Shown: positions 16,566 to 32,741, counted from the first letter of the stretch. The stretch is 64,000 bases of DNA from the human T2T-CHM13v2.0 reference genome, Homo sapiens (GCF_009914755.1 NC_060932.1), one strand, 5' to 3'. A program made the numbers and translations. Notes: generated by a model not told the origin, from the letters alone.

Positions 16566-16855
16566 TGTTTAACAAAGAAAAACATTTATTTCTAATTATT
16601 TGCCCAGATTGAAAGATTGATTTTTAAAAATCTCAAACTGAATTCTAGAATTCAGGCAATATTTGGTATTGCAATGATCTAATGAATTCCATTCACTCTA
16701 TGTTCCTATCCCGCCCACCTCCCAACCCTTAATTTGTATTATGGTCTAGGGAAACACGCTATTCTTTCTAGGGAAACAATGCTATTCTTTCTCCACCAGC
16801 AAGCTTGAGAAAACATTTACCTTTAAAACCACATCATAGCAAGACCCTGTCTCTA

Positions 16856-16886
<31 letters not shown>

Positions 16887-17085
16887 AAAAAAATTAGCCA
16901 GGCTTGGTGGTGTGCATCTGTGGTTCAAGCTGCTCAGCAGGCTGAGGTGGGAGAATCTCTTGAGCCTGGGAGGTCGAGGCTGCAGTGAGCCATGATTTCA
17001 CCACACACTCCAGTCTGGGTGACACAGCAAGACCCTGTCTTAAAAAATAAAAACCATATCATAAAAAGTTACAGTGAGAAAACTA

Positions 17086-17110
17086 TTAGGTTGGTGCAAA
17101 GGTAATTGCA
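17086..17110. mobile_element. Half MADE1 (Hsmar1 terminal inverted repeat)
   Basis: ta|ttaggttggtgcaaaggtaattgc; no partner TIR seen. Confidence 0.7.
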
Positions 17111-17592
17111 ATAAATAAAGGACCCAAACTACACAAAGAAGCTACCACTAAATCTAAAGTGCTCAGAAATTGCGGTAAATTTTGATGTTATCATCACATC
17201 TATTCCCCAGACTCACTATGACTCTCTGGTGCCATTCATATAGTTTCTCCTTTGGAAAGTGAACAGTAAACGAAATAATAAATATATAAATTACATTTAC
17301 TACTTCAAATTGGTTAAATACCTCAGAGGTTTATCACCCACTGGCTAGTCTCAAAGAAGGGAGGTCAGACGCAAAGAGCAGCCTTCAAAGACGTGGGTAG
17401 CGGGGCCAGGCTGGAGGCACAACGTCCAGGAAGAACGGAGGAAAGTCTTTTTCCCACCTCCTCCAGAACTCCAGACTTCTTTTGCTTCTTCAAACATTTC
17501 CTGTTTAACTTTTCATTTTGAAATGATTCAACACTAAATGTAACAAGAATACTACAAGAAATTTCTTTTCTTTTTTTTTTTTTTTTTTTTGA

Positions 17593-17697
<105 letters not shown>

Positions 17698-18188
17698 TGA
17701 GTAGCTGGGATTACAGGCACATGCCACCACACCTGGCTAATTTTGTATTTTTAGTAGAGATGGGGTTTCACCATGTTGGCCAGGCTGGTCTTGAACTGAT
17801 CTCAGGTGATACACCCACCTTGGCCTCCCAAAATGCTGAGTTTACAGGTGTGAGCCACCGTGCCTGGCCAATACAAGAAATTTCTGAATCGTTCTTCAAA
17901 CCAGGTCCACCAATTGTTGACGTTTTAGCCATGTTTGCTTTATTATCCTCTTTCCCTCTCTCTCTGTATGTTTACACGCATACATGCGTGTGCACACATA
18001 CTTGCATATGCACAGGCACAAACATTTCCCTTGAACTGAGAGTTACTCCTTTATCCCTAAATACTGCTCCTTTATTAGAAACAAAAATATTCATTTAAAT
18101 AGCCATACTACAAAGATCAAAATCATGAAAGTTAATTCTGATACAATACCATTATCTAATATATTAATTTTATTTAAGTGTTGCTAAT

Positions 18189-18570
18189 TGCATGGACTGA
18201 ATCTGTCTTTCTACAATTCATATGTTGAAACCCTAACCCCTGGCATGGCTGTATTTGAAGATGGGGCCTCTAAAGAAGTAATTAGGGTGAAATGAGGTCC
18301 TGAGCGTGGGGCCCTGATCCGATAGGACTGGTATCTTTATAAGAAGAGACACCAGAGCTCTCTCCTGCCTGTCCACACATGCATAGAAGAAAGGCCGTGT
18401 GAGGACACATCAAGAAGATGGCTGTTTGCAAGGCAGGAAGAGAACTCTCTCCAGAAACCAAGTTTGCCAGCACCCTGATCTTGGACTACCAGCCTCCAGA
18501 TCTGTGAGAAATAAATGTCTGTTGTTAAGCTACCCAGTTCATAATATTTTATTATGGCAGCCCAAGCATG
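18189..18570 (+). mobile_element. MaLR solo LTR (MLT1A-like)
   Basis: atggactgaat...aattcatatgttgaa...cagcctccaga.ctgtgagaaataaatgtctgttgttaagc...ttatggcagccc. Confidence 0.85.
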
Positions 18571-21500
18571 GTCCCAATAATGTCCTTTATGGCAATTTTT
18601 TGCTCTGGCCTAGCATCTGATCTTCCCCCAAACTCTTGAAGCGCTCCGTCTCTATCCCTTCCTTTGGTCCACAGCAGGAACTGCCGTGTGTTTTTGGTAA
18701 ACTTTTCACATGCACATGTCCATCTTTCTGGGGGGAGCTGTGAACAATGTTAATCTTCACTTTTGTCTTGTACTTCTGTGATTGCCACACATGGTCCACA
18801 CAGGCTCTTGCACACAGAGGCACTCAGTAAATACTTGTTGATTGATTGGATGGGAATAAGTTATAATCACTAGCTGTATTAAAGCTTGGGGCCAATGATC
18901 ACTATGTGAGCCATTTCTTGGTAGCCCGTCTTGCCTATTGCCAGCACAAACTTTCCTGTTTGTAACACATACTCATAGGCTCCCAAACTCCTTCAGTATA
19001 AAAGTTCAATCTCTTACCAGGATTTTAAAGGCCCCTTAGGGTCTGGCCCCAGTGTGCATTTTTACAACATGATTTCTTCAACCAAAGTGGAGCCACTTGG
19101 CAGTCCTTAAGTACATCCTTAATTTTCCATTCTCCAGCCTTTTACTCATTTTTGTTCTCTCTGCCTAAAATTCAATTCCTCCATCTCCATTGATTAAAAT
19201 TACCCTCTAATATTGGAGCCCAATATTGGAGTAGGGCAAAATTTCAATCATTCTTGCATATATGCATGTATACATTTATTCCACAAATAATTATTGAGCA
19301 TCTACTATATGCCAGGCACTGTACTATGTGCTTGAATTACAGTATTGAATGAGATAGAAATGATTTGCTGCCCTCTTAATCATCCATACCTCTGCTAATT
19401 GGGCACTCTCTTCTGCAAATTTGAGGCAGGGTTTCTATTTACAATGACTTGTTTTCCTGATATAATAATACAGTACTTGGTCATTTGGCCAATACAAATG
19501 CCTCATCTTTGCAGACAATTCCGTAGTTGATAGGCACATACACACTCATTAGCTCATTTCATCCTAACTCAGAGGTTAGTAACAAAGATATACCTGTTCC
19601 CATTCTATAAAAGAGGAGACTGAAATTCAGAGAGGTTAAGGTAGCCAACATAGGCTACTGTCAGATCTATCATTCCTCTAGAGATCTCTCTCTAGGATGA
19701 GAATCCTGGCCTTCTTTCTGACCCTTTGTGCAATATCAACACCTCCTTTATATACAAATGAAACTAGGTGTTAGAGAAGGGATAAGCAACATTAGTTCTA
19801 CTTTATATGTAAAAACCGGCTGGGCACAGTGGTTCACGCCTGTAATCCCAGCACTCTGGGAGGCCAAGGCGGGCCGTCACTTGAGGTCAGGAGTTCAGAC
19901 CACACTGGCCAACATGGTGAAACCCTGTCTCTACTAAAAATACAAAAATTAGCCAGGCATGGTGGTGCCCACCTGTAATCCCAGCTACTCAAGAGCCTGA
20001 GGCAGTGGAATTGCTTGAACCCCGGGAGGCAGAGGTTGCAGTGAGCCGAGATCATACCACTGCGCTACAGCCCGGGGGACAGAATGAGACTGTGTCTCAA
20101 AACAAACAAACAAACAAAAAACAAAACAAAAACAATATGTAAGCACAGTGGATGTCAAGGATCTACTGCAAAATAAATGCAAGCTAGTGGTATTTGGAAA
20201 TAAAATTCCATCTTAGTTCTTCCATCAAGAAAATATAAATGATATATCAATGCCTTCAGAGAAAATAAACTATTTGCCAGAATTTATCTGAATTTATAAG
20301 TTTGATTGTTGGTAACTTGGCCTTGCTTTATAAACATTTAAAATTTGAACAACTAGTATTATAATCTGTTAAATCAGTAAAAATTTTAAATTCTTCTGTA
20401 TGTCCAGTTTCATCTTACACTATTGAAATACCTTAGCATTCAGAAAATTTAGGGAAAAAAAGAAGATAAATCACTAATCTACACATTTTAATACATAGTT
20501 CTTAGCCTGAAAGTGTTTCCTTTGAGTCTTTTATCAGATGTAAGGTTTTACACTATTACAATTATAATTCTCATGCCCTGCCTTTTCTGATGTCCTATTT
20601 ATACTTTTCTGTGTTTCAACATAGTCTGAAAATAGAATAGGTCTTGGAATCAGAAGACTGAAATTCAAAACCCAGCTCTATGACTTACCACCTGTTTGCA
20701 AAAGCACATGCAGGTTTTATGGGGCTCAAAGCTTTTACAGTTTGGGGACCCTTTCTTTAAGAATACAAAATTAGAAGAATTGACTGTTTCTTTGGAATTA
20801 AAAAGGAAATCACAACACATTTCTGGAGATGTGGAGATTTCGATCTTTTCTTCTAAGAGCTCTTTAGGCAATTTACCAGAAATGCTTATATAGAAATGCT
20901 TTCCAATTGCAATCTGGTTTCCCCTCCTATATCTCACACTGTGTGACTCCCTGCGCTCACAGGAGTCCATACAAGCCTTGATGTTTAAGCTTCATTTGCT
21001 TTACAATAAATCCACCTCTACCAGTATGATCTTGGGCAGGTCAAATAACTTCTCTGGTCTTCAGTTTGTTCCTCTGTAAAATGGAATCATTATATTAATA
21101 GCTACCTGCAGAAGTTACAGTGAAGACCAAATGAAACCATGCAGAAACTAGTGCTGGAAAGCACGGAGCATCACCCAGGCCGTTTATCATTCCCCTAATG
21201 CCAGCCCTGCAGTGCTCTTATGGAGACCAGCTTCTTTCCATTATATTATTGTCATTTTTCAACAAACAATCTATGCCTTCCTTTCTTATGTCACTTTTAA
21301 TGGATTTTTAGACTAGTAAATGTTGTTCGTTTTTACAAATCCTTCTGTAGCAATTTATGGCTAAAATGGCAATTAAGTAAAGCAACTCTTTATCTGAGTG
21401 CTATCCCTTGGTTATTTCTTCAGAAAACAATGCCTAATAACATCTGATTTTGGAGGAAATGGATTAAAGCAACTAGGAAAGAGGTTAGAGGACTCAAGAG

Positions 21501-22326
21501 ATCCAACGGCTCTGGCCTGTGAGCAGACGGGCCATTCATAACTTTGTAGTTTCTCATTCAGAGCAGCCTCCGATGAATCTCCTGCCCAAGCTGGTCTGCT
21601 TATGGAACAAAAGGCTGGCAACGTGTGTGTTTCACGCCTCACTGCTCAGGGCTGGCCTCTCTGGTGGCCTGCAGTCATCAGAGGGACTTGCCACCCTCAA
21701 TTATTTGGCTTTTACAAATCACTACAGGGAAATCCAGCCTAGGCAACACATAAACGCTTTCCTTCATACCATCGGGAAGCTGCCACAATCCTTTTATTGT
21801 TTAAGTAACCGACAAAGGTTTCTATTGACTATTTCCTGTTACGGCTTCCTCACCAAGGAAAGGCACCCTTTCCTGCAGTGACTTTTCAAAATGCTGTGGA
21901 AACCCTGAGAGTGATCATTGAAAGTTGTCCCTAAGTCATTATTCCATGGTTTACAACATAATTCCCTCAAAGGACGATTTGCAGGTGGCTGCATTTTACC
22001 TGATATTCTCCCAGCTCTGAAAAATAATACACAACCTTGGAAAAGGTGATAATACCCCAACAGGCGAGAGATGCCAACTTGTCTCATTCCATTTTAAACA
22101 ATTGTGAAAGAAATGCTTCTGCAATTACAACTACTCCCACCTCAGCTGAGAGCTACCTCACTTTATATAATACTGGAAGAAGGAAAGGGTGGAGAGAACT
22201 GCAATGTGGGCAGAAATGGAGGCTTGGCACCATCTCATAAGCAGATCTGGGCCTAGGGGACAGGAAAATGGGCCATATATTAACCTGGGAGTACTGGAAA
22301 GAGGAAATAAGTTACCAATTAGCTAA

Positions 22327-22521
<195 letters not shown>

Positions 22522-22740
22522 TAATTTTAAAGAGTAAGAAGAAGCTGTTGTTGTTTTTGTTAAGAAGCAGCTGTTACTTCCCAAGATTTCTCTAAATTTT
22601 AATTTTCTTTCACATATAAAAGAGTGTATGTTTAAAATACATGGAGATAGTTCAATACATATAAGCAAATTTCCTTAAATATCATATGTCTAGCAATTAC
22701 GCATTCTGTAAGAGATAGAATTGACCTCAAATTTTCAATT

Positions 22741-23881
<1,141 letters not shown>

Positions 23882-24117
23882 CTTATAAAGAAGTGCAGTT
23901 GATAAGGTACAAAGTAACTAGTGGACCACATTAGACAGATGACTATCTTGTGACAAATGATTTGGTGAATATGGATATTTTGGTGGGGGCGGGAGTGAAA
24001 GTATGAACTTTGAGGCGGAGATTCAGAGATGGGTAATTGTGAATATTTATGGAGAACTGCGAGTATGTAGCTTGGCTTGAGTAAATGATTCATGCAATGA
24101 GGTAGAGTTAGCACTTA

Positions 24118-24354
<237 letters not shown>

Positions 24355-24577
24355 TCACCACTGCACTTCAGCCTGGGCAACAGAGCGAGAGCCCATCTCC
24401 AAAAAACAAACAAACAAAAAACCAAGGAAATAAAAAGAGTTTGGTCATACACATAAAAATTTAGTATACGTAGCTCAAGGAAATAATTATTTCATGTAAA
24501 AATTTAGTATAAATTTATTTTACCAGGAGAAATGGGCCTAACACTTGCTGGAGAATAATGAAAAGTTCTGAGTGCTA

Positions 24578-24894
<317 letters not shown>

Positions 24895-26798
24895 TTATTT
24901 TCCTGTTATAACCTAGCTTTCATTTTTTAAACTTGTTATTAAGGCATAATGTAGATAAAGTACACATACCATTAATAGTAGAGCTTGATTTTTACAAACT
25001 GTGAACACATCCATGAAATCAGTACCTGGTGCAAGAAGTGGAGTATCGCACACTCAGAACTGCCCCGTGCTCCTTCCAACCTTCCCGCCCAGGACCACCA
25101 GGACCATCACTATCCTGACTTCTAACAACATGCATTAGCTCTGCCTGTTTTTGTACTTTTATATAAAGGGAATCATACACTATGTCATCTTTCGTGCCCT
25201 ATGCTTAAAGAATCAAACTAAACCTTGGATGATTGAATCCCAGCTCAGTATTTCACTGTGAGTTTGGAAAGCCTCTTAACCCTGTTTCCACATCCAGAGA
25301 AGTGGATTATAACAGTGTTTGCCTCATAGGGGTATTGTGAGGATTAAGTGAGATAATGTATGTAAAGGTTTTAGCACAGTGGGTGGAGTGTGGCTGCAGC
25401 TGCCACACTGTACTCAAACTTATAGTCTGTGAACTTCCCGGGTAATGCAAGACTCCAGTCAATTCTGAATATGAGAGAGGGAAAAAATCCATGTCATCTG
25501 GGCAGAGTCCAACTATTCCTTTATTCACAAATGAGCATCTACACATACAATAGGGAACTTGGCTATTTGATCCATCTCACTTTTGGCCAAAGGAGAAAAG
25601 ACATTTCTGTTACATACTTATTCATCTCCCCTTCTAGAATATCAGCTTCCTTAAGGGAAAGGTCATGCACTGTTTACCATAGTATATGCAGTGCCTAGCA
25701 CAGGGCATCGTAAGCACTTAGCTAAACTGAATAAATAGTTAAGTACTAACAATATTAGGGCTTAGGACATTATGTTCAAATCTGCTCAAAACTTCTGAGC
25801 TTTGTTTGGCAAAATCACAGTAGTTAAATCAGAGTAAAGTGAATCTCCTGCCTTCTTTCCCTGTGCTGGCCAGGAAAATCCAATCAAACCTAGCACATTC
25901 TGTACTTGGAACTTGAGTTAAGCATACTAGGTCTGAAAACTTCAGAAATAAGGGCAGTACACACTACTACTTTTAATACTATTTGCTCCAAACTCAACAG
26001 CTTTTGACGTACTTAGACCAACACACTAAAATATTTTCAAAAACACTCTCTTCCTAGCACATCAGTCACAAGTATTTTCCAAGTGCACTTTATCTTGATT
26101 TTCTACTGATATATTTCACATTATTGACAATATCCATACTCTCTAAAAAAAAAAAAAAAGGCCAGGGGAAAGTGCAATGTTCCAACAGAATTCTACTTGG
26201 TTCAATTTATCTCCTACTACTTAATTAAAAATAAATTTTCACTTCTCACCAAGTAGGAGGCACGTCTTCAAATACTATCATCAGTTTTACATTACAAATT
26301 AAAGGTCTGATTGGCTGGCAAGCCTACCACTATAGAACTGGATAAGTCAAGCAGGAAATTATCTGGCTATAAAATGAACTGAAAGATTTTAAGAAAGTAA
26401 TACAATTTATTGGCTGTGAAGCAAAACTAGCTTCATGCAGATAACTATCAAAGCTATTTATAATTCATAGTATAAAAAAGTATGGTTAATATTCTGAGTC
26501 ATGACTAATTTTTTAAATTACTTAAATTTAACACTTGGCGAGATTTTTCTAAGCACCATGCTAGACACAGAAATGAAGGAGTTATAAATAGCAATCCCTA
26601 CTCTTCAGAAATGCAGTCTGGTGGGAAAGTTTTATGGAAGCACTAGGATAATCAGGAAATGACTCACAGGCCCATGCCTTGAAGGCTAAGATTTTAACAG
26701 GCTAGGGAGACAAAGAAAAGAAGTCATACAAAGAGGGCCCGGCGCGGTGGCTCACGCCTGTAATCCCAGCACTTTGGGAGGCTGAGGCGGACAGATCA

Positions 26799-27155
<357 letters not shown>

Positions 27156-27924
27156 TTAGGGAGTGAAGGAGAAGGAGAATTATTATTATTTAGGCAACAG
27201 AGAACTATGGAACGTCGTTTTTTATATTTGTTGCTGTTTACATATAAGGAGAAAATGTGCCTAGTCCTCTCAGTTTTATTTCACGCTATAAATTAAGAGA
27301 CTGGCATTATAATTTCATATATCAGTCATAAACTTGAGGTAAGCCTTCTACTGAGAGGTAAACTCACTTTTAATGAGTTAATTTCCTCAGACTTCGGAGC
27401 CTACAAGGCTAAAGATAGAATCTAGATGGTGATGAATTTACCGAGGTAATAGAATACCAAACAGCCCTGCCTGGATGACCAGTGTGCCTTTCCCAGATGA
27501 CACCCTTATGCCACTGCTCAATTTCTTGACATTTCTATAGAATGGAGACAGAGGCCATATGCAGGCTGAGAATTCACAGCTGACTTCAATGTGGAGGTGG
27601 GTGATTACTCAGTGGGTAAATGAAGGGAAGGCAATACCACTAAGTGACAGAACAAAGGGCAGGTCAAAGTTGGGAAAAAGAGGAAATCTGCTTTGAACAT
27701 ATGTTTAAGGCGCCAACAGGAAGTGTCATGTGAAAGTATCTGAAAGACAGCTGGAAATCTGGTTTTAAATGAGGCTCTATAAAGGCGCAATGTTGTATTT
27801 ATTGGTAAAATCACCGTAAAGAGAGTTCTAAATGAGAAAAAAGGCCTAAGAACAGAATGTTAAGTCTCTAAGGATTCTATCAGTCCTTATAAAGCACAAA
27901 ACCAAGTGAATGAGCAATGCCAAG

Positions 27925-30446
27925 TCAGCTTGTACACAGATGCTTTATTTTGGATGTTAATATGTCAACATTGTATGCAAGATTCTCTTACAATGAAGTT
28001 TTCCATATATCACAAAACTCAATTTAGTCAGGGTAATTGCTGTATTAATGTGAAAACCTTACAATAAAATGCAGTATTATGTATGTGTAGTCAGTTTCCA
28101 TGCAAGTATGGCTGCTACATGTTATGTCTGGCATTTGTATAACATACTGAAAGAAACTCAGAGGAACAAAACAGTATAAAGGTGACTTAAGATGCCTGAC
28201 ATGTTTAAGATAAAAAATCTTGCAAAAAGCAACAAAGCAGTTAACTGAAGGATTCAACCAGTACCAACCCAAATATGTATTATGTCCAATAAGCCCAGAC
28301 TTATCCACAATATATTACCATTTAGGATAATTTAATGCTCAAGAAAAAATATGCTTTAAAAAATATAGCCTTACAAGATATTATACTTTGGTGATTGCAG
28401 ACTATGTATATCCAGGTAAGGGCTACATTAAAAACAACAACAACAAAAAACCATTATGTGCTATTAGTTCAAGGTAACTGAAATGATCCAGTATGAGTTT
28501 GCTACAATCATTGGTTTCACTAAGTGAAATTTCTGTGAGAAGTTCATTAATTAGAAAGCAATCAACATACTTAAACATGCTAAGAGGATTCAAATTGGTT
28601 TATCTATTTATCAATAAGGCATAATCTTAGTACCATACATTTTCTTCACTTCTCACTATATATATATATAAATATATATATATATAAAATATGCAAAAAC
28701 TAGCAAGTAGATTTAAATAGCTTAAAACCCTTTTAGGTCTACTGTTCAAGAGCTAAGCATTAAAATACTTAGTATTTCCATTTCTATTAACATACAAACA
28801 GAGCAGAAAATCTTAACCTGCTTTCATTTTGTTTTATAAGGCATAGTAGTATTTTGGTATTTGCAAGAATTTGCCTGGTAATGGTTGATTCCATTTAGTT
28901 AACTTGAGAACTTGCCATCATTTGTTTTTTATCTTTTCACACAGTGCAAGTGGTGGTCGCTCTTTCCTTCTCTCGTAGCAGCAAGCCGATTCTGCTATTT
29001 TCTATAGCAGCATACTTCAGGAGTGGAGAGGGAGAGAGTGTGTCAATTATAAATAATTCAAACTACAGTGTACAATTCTATTTACCTGTCAGTGTTTAAG
29101 TTGACAGCACACCATTATATGACTGAAAAAAAATTACATATAATCTCTACCACAAAAGCAAATAAAAATTCTTTCAAGAAGAAATAAAATAAGTGCAAAC
29201 ACCTAAAACAGGCAACTGAAGCAACTGTTGTAACCTGTAGAGAAACACAAAACATTTAAAAAAGGACAAAATATTTTTATAAATAAAAGATAATGTTCTC
29301 CACTTCTGAAACACTGAGTAAATATAAACTTCTAAGTGCAGACTGTTTTTAGGGACCAAGGTACCATATTATTTTTTAAACAAAATGCAAAAATTTCAAA
29401 CACATATACAAATCACCAGATTAATGTATATGACCACCCCCGATATAATTTAAAAAGAAAATATTAAATTATTATTTAGTACATTTTTAGAACTACTTTA
29501 TAACCAGCATGATTTAAAGGGCATAGTGCAACATTTAGGTAGATGTGACATACAGTATAGATATTGTATTCTTTGCAGCTATAACTTACTACTGTTTCAT
29601 ACTTAAAGTCAAAATTATTCTTTACTGTGTTAGCTGTAATAACAGGAAACAACATTGGCTTCTAGGCACCCTGTATACGTATAAATATCTACATTTAAGC
29701 TTTAAAAATAAAAATAAATTATAAAAACAGACTTCTTTCCAATTTACAAAGTTCTCCTGCTCCTACATACTGTACAATACATTCAACAAAACTCTCAGCT
29801 CCTCTGAGATTAAGAAAATACTATTTACTAATAAAGAAAAAACTCTTTTTTGAATGCTTTTTGTTTTCAGTACTATGCTCAAATAAATACATTTAACACT
29901 GTAGTTAATTTTACTGCTTCTGAAAAAAAAAACAAAAAATTAGTAGTGCAACTTTCTATCCTTCCTTTAAATTCCTTTTCAATGTGTTTCTTTGTAAATG
30001 GTAGCCTAAGTAAATCAGCACATGGGCAAAAGTACTTCATAAAATCATGTGTGCTTTCCATACATAGACTAATTTCAGAAATCATATATACTCATACACC
30101 TATCTATAACAAAACTGCAGCATCAAGAGAGTAGCAACATATATCTTGTGAAGAAAATATATGAGAATTTACTTTTAGAAATCCATGAACATTCTATTAT
30201 TTTCCCATCTTGTTCTTTAAAAACAATTTTTAAAAATCTCATCTCTTAAAAAATAAACTATGAAACTATCTACCCCTTAAGTGACTTACTAGCTTTCTGC
30301 CTACTATATAGAATAGAAAAAAGATGCTGTATTAAAAGGGCTATCTTACAACTTTAAAAACAACTAATTGAGAAAAATTTCACTGCAACCTAATTTAGTA
30401 GAGACTGCAGTAAGGGAGTGGGGCATTTCATCAATTTTAATAACAA
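27925..30446 (-). other. MYBL1: MYBL1 3' UTR (~2.5 kb, AT-rich, free of recognisable interspersed repeats)
   Basis: Follows the stop codon; no Alu or L1 despite their density in the flanks; ends at a canonical poly(A) signal. Confidence 0.85.
27944..27949 (-). terminator. Poly(A) signal AATAAA (a second one lies at 27798-27803)
   Basis: tttatt on the + strand at the end of the repeat-free UTR, with UGUA motifs upstream on the sense strand. Confidence 0.75.
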
Positions 30447-30575
30447 TTACAGTATGAGAGCTCTTGAAGTACTACTGGTAGCTGTGTAAGTACTCAGATA
30501 TCTTCTTGCTTGTTCAGTCATAATAAGTTGGTCTTCTGTCTTCCCATAAACCACTGTTTCCCATTCACAATTTGA
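30447..30575 (-). CDS. MYBL1: Exon 16 coding part (SNCEWETVVYGKTEDQLIMTEQARRYL...RALIL*), homologous to the B-Myb MuvB (LIN52/LIN9)-binding segment
   Basis: ttctag|TCA acceptor; TAA stop at 30447-30449. Confidence 0.95.
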   Translation of the reverse strand, partial: SNCEWETVVYGKTEDQLIMTEQARRYLSTYTATSSTSRALIL

Positions 30576-31812
30576 CTAGAAAGGAAATATTAATAGTGAC
30601 ATGAAAATTATTAAAATAGCTATCTATATCACAATTAGACTCTTAAAGTCAGTTATTTTAACTGATTAGATATTTTATAAACAATAATTATAAAAATGTT
30701 TTAACAATGGCACTGTATTTTTTTAATAATAATGTTTTAAAATATATACTGAAATATTTTTTATCAAGTTTTTAAAAAGTCAATTATTTTAGCTATCTAT
30801 ATTGCTTACAGGCCTATGGAGGCAGTTTAAAAGTCTTGTCCCCAATAATTCCCCCCAAATCAAATGAGTCTTAACATGGAAATAAATGTTAGTCTTTATT
30901 GCTTCAAAATTTTGCAAAAGATTTAAAGAGAGGATGTAATGTCAAAAAATGAGCCAAGAATGCTTTATTTACAAATTAGGAAATATATTCATAACAAAAA
31001 ATCAAGCTTATGTTTTTTTCCTTCCCTTATTTTAAAGATTACTATGTTATAGATGTGATCTTCTATATAATAACTTTCCCCAAAAGTTCTATGTTAATTA
31101 AACGCCAGGAACTCAAATCATTTTACATGGATTAAGAGAATGTGCTACATGGCTCTTAGAAAGCAGTGGCTGAAAACAGATGTAAGGTGGTCATATGTAA
31201 TTGCCAAAGACGTTTTCAAGGTATGCTTCAATATCAGGAATACTAGTGCTGCAGTCACTGTGGCATAAAGAAGAAAATTTCCTACTCAATGAACTCTCAA
31301 ATTCTCTGGGGTAAACTCTTAATGCAGTAAAAATTTTTCCAACCTTCATTTGCAGTTACACACTGGTCGTATCCCAACAGAAAAAAAAAGGACTTTGTTT
31401 TACAACTTCTGAGCCAAAAAGTTCACTGGAAACCATGGTACCAACAAAATCATGCTGAAACTGCTTCCAACCACTTACCCTTTTTCAGAATAGCAATTAG
31501 GGCTATACATATTTGTTACAGGAGAAGAGGTGCCAGAAGTAGATTTATATATCTTTAGTTTAAAAAAGATACAGTGCTTAGGAAATCACCAGACCAGTCT
31601 TTGGTTACAGCTTCAATTGTTTAGTTTATATGTGCCCTGATGAATGAGTCGCTCAAACCCAAATGTGAGTGATAAAATAATGGTAAATGTTTAGTTACTG
31701 TTACAATCAATTTTGAATTTAAAAGAAAAAGTATAATTTGTGATCAGTAAATCCAAAGTGATCATTGACTAAACAAAAACAAAAATCACTAAAGAAATTT
31801 ATAAATCCATAC

Positions 31813-31992
31813 CTGAAGATTCTTTTCCAATTTGACAACTTTGGAAGTGTTAGGGTTTGGTTTCTTTTTAGTAAGTGTATATGTTTTGTTGGTTGAATTT
31901 ATATCTTGTTTTTCAGGAATCAAGTTGCACCTATTGTCATGTATTTCCAATAATGGTATCATTAATAAGGATGTAGTAAATCTATTTTCTGA
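31813..31992 (-). CDS. MYBL1: Exon 15 (SENRFTTSLL...LEKNLQ), symmetric 60-codon cassette
   Basis: tcttag|TCA and CAG|gtatgg; 180 nt, phase 0-0. Confidence 0.92.
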
Positions 31993-32432
31993 CTAAGAGA
32001 GAAAAAAGAAAGAGGAAAATAACTAATTCAAAAATGGAGACAAATGGAGGGACTACTGAGTAAGTGGTAATGGAAGCCCTGTTTATTTCCCTCCAAGAAA
32101 GCATTTGGCTCTGATGAAATTTCTAGTAATGTAGTAATATTATTTTGGAAATGAACCAAAGATAAACTTTGATATTTAAAATCTTGAGAACTACGATTTT
32201 TTGACATCAGATATAAGGCAGCTAACTCCTCTCATAACAAAAGAAATATAAAAAAAAGTAAATAAAATATTCTCTACAGTGAATAGTTTCTCTGTGAATT
32301 AGGCAAAATGATACTAAGATAAAAATTCTCCATGAATTTCTAATGAACTGGCTACACAATGAGTAAGAAATAAGAACCTCTAGGACTTAAAGCAACCATT
32401 TAAAATAACAACAATAATAATCCTTTACAAAC

Positions 32433-32537
32433 CTGCATGTCTGAAATGTCTTCAGTCAACAGTTGAGTGCCTGATTCTTCTTTTTCCCAATTATCTAAGA
32501 CTAGTGATTTTCTGACTTTCTTCCCAGAAGCGGTATT
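32433..32537 (-). CDS. MYBL1: Exon 14 (NTASGKKVRKSLVLDNW...SDMQ)
   Basis: ttctag|AAT and CAG|gtttgt; 105 nt; follows an 87-nt intron. Confidence 0.94.
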
Positions 32538-32624
32538 CTAGAATGAGTAATTTATGTAGAAGCTTTATGGCAAAGTCTCTTGGATACAATAAGACTTTTA
32601 TTAACAATAATACTAGAAGATTAC

Positions 32625-32741
32625 CTCTTGTTTGCAGCTTTTGTAAGCAGGTTCATCTTCCTCTTTGAGGAATAGGTCTGTTCCAGTTTCTTCTTTTAAA
32701 ACTTCCCGAATATCTTCTTCCAAGAAAGCAAGTGGCTGGGA
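32625..32741 (-). CDS. MYBL1: Exon 13 (SQPLAFLEEDIREVLKEETG...SCKQE)
   Basis: atttag|TCC and GAG|gtaatc; 117 nt. Confidence 0.94.

Noticed and set aside
21300-22250. Repeat-free block with MYB-like hexamers (CAACGG at 21504-21509) as an autoregulatory enhancer
   Set aside because: Isolated 6-mers occur by chance and conservation cannot be assessed here.
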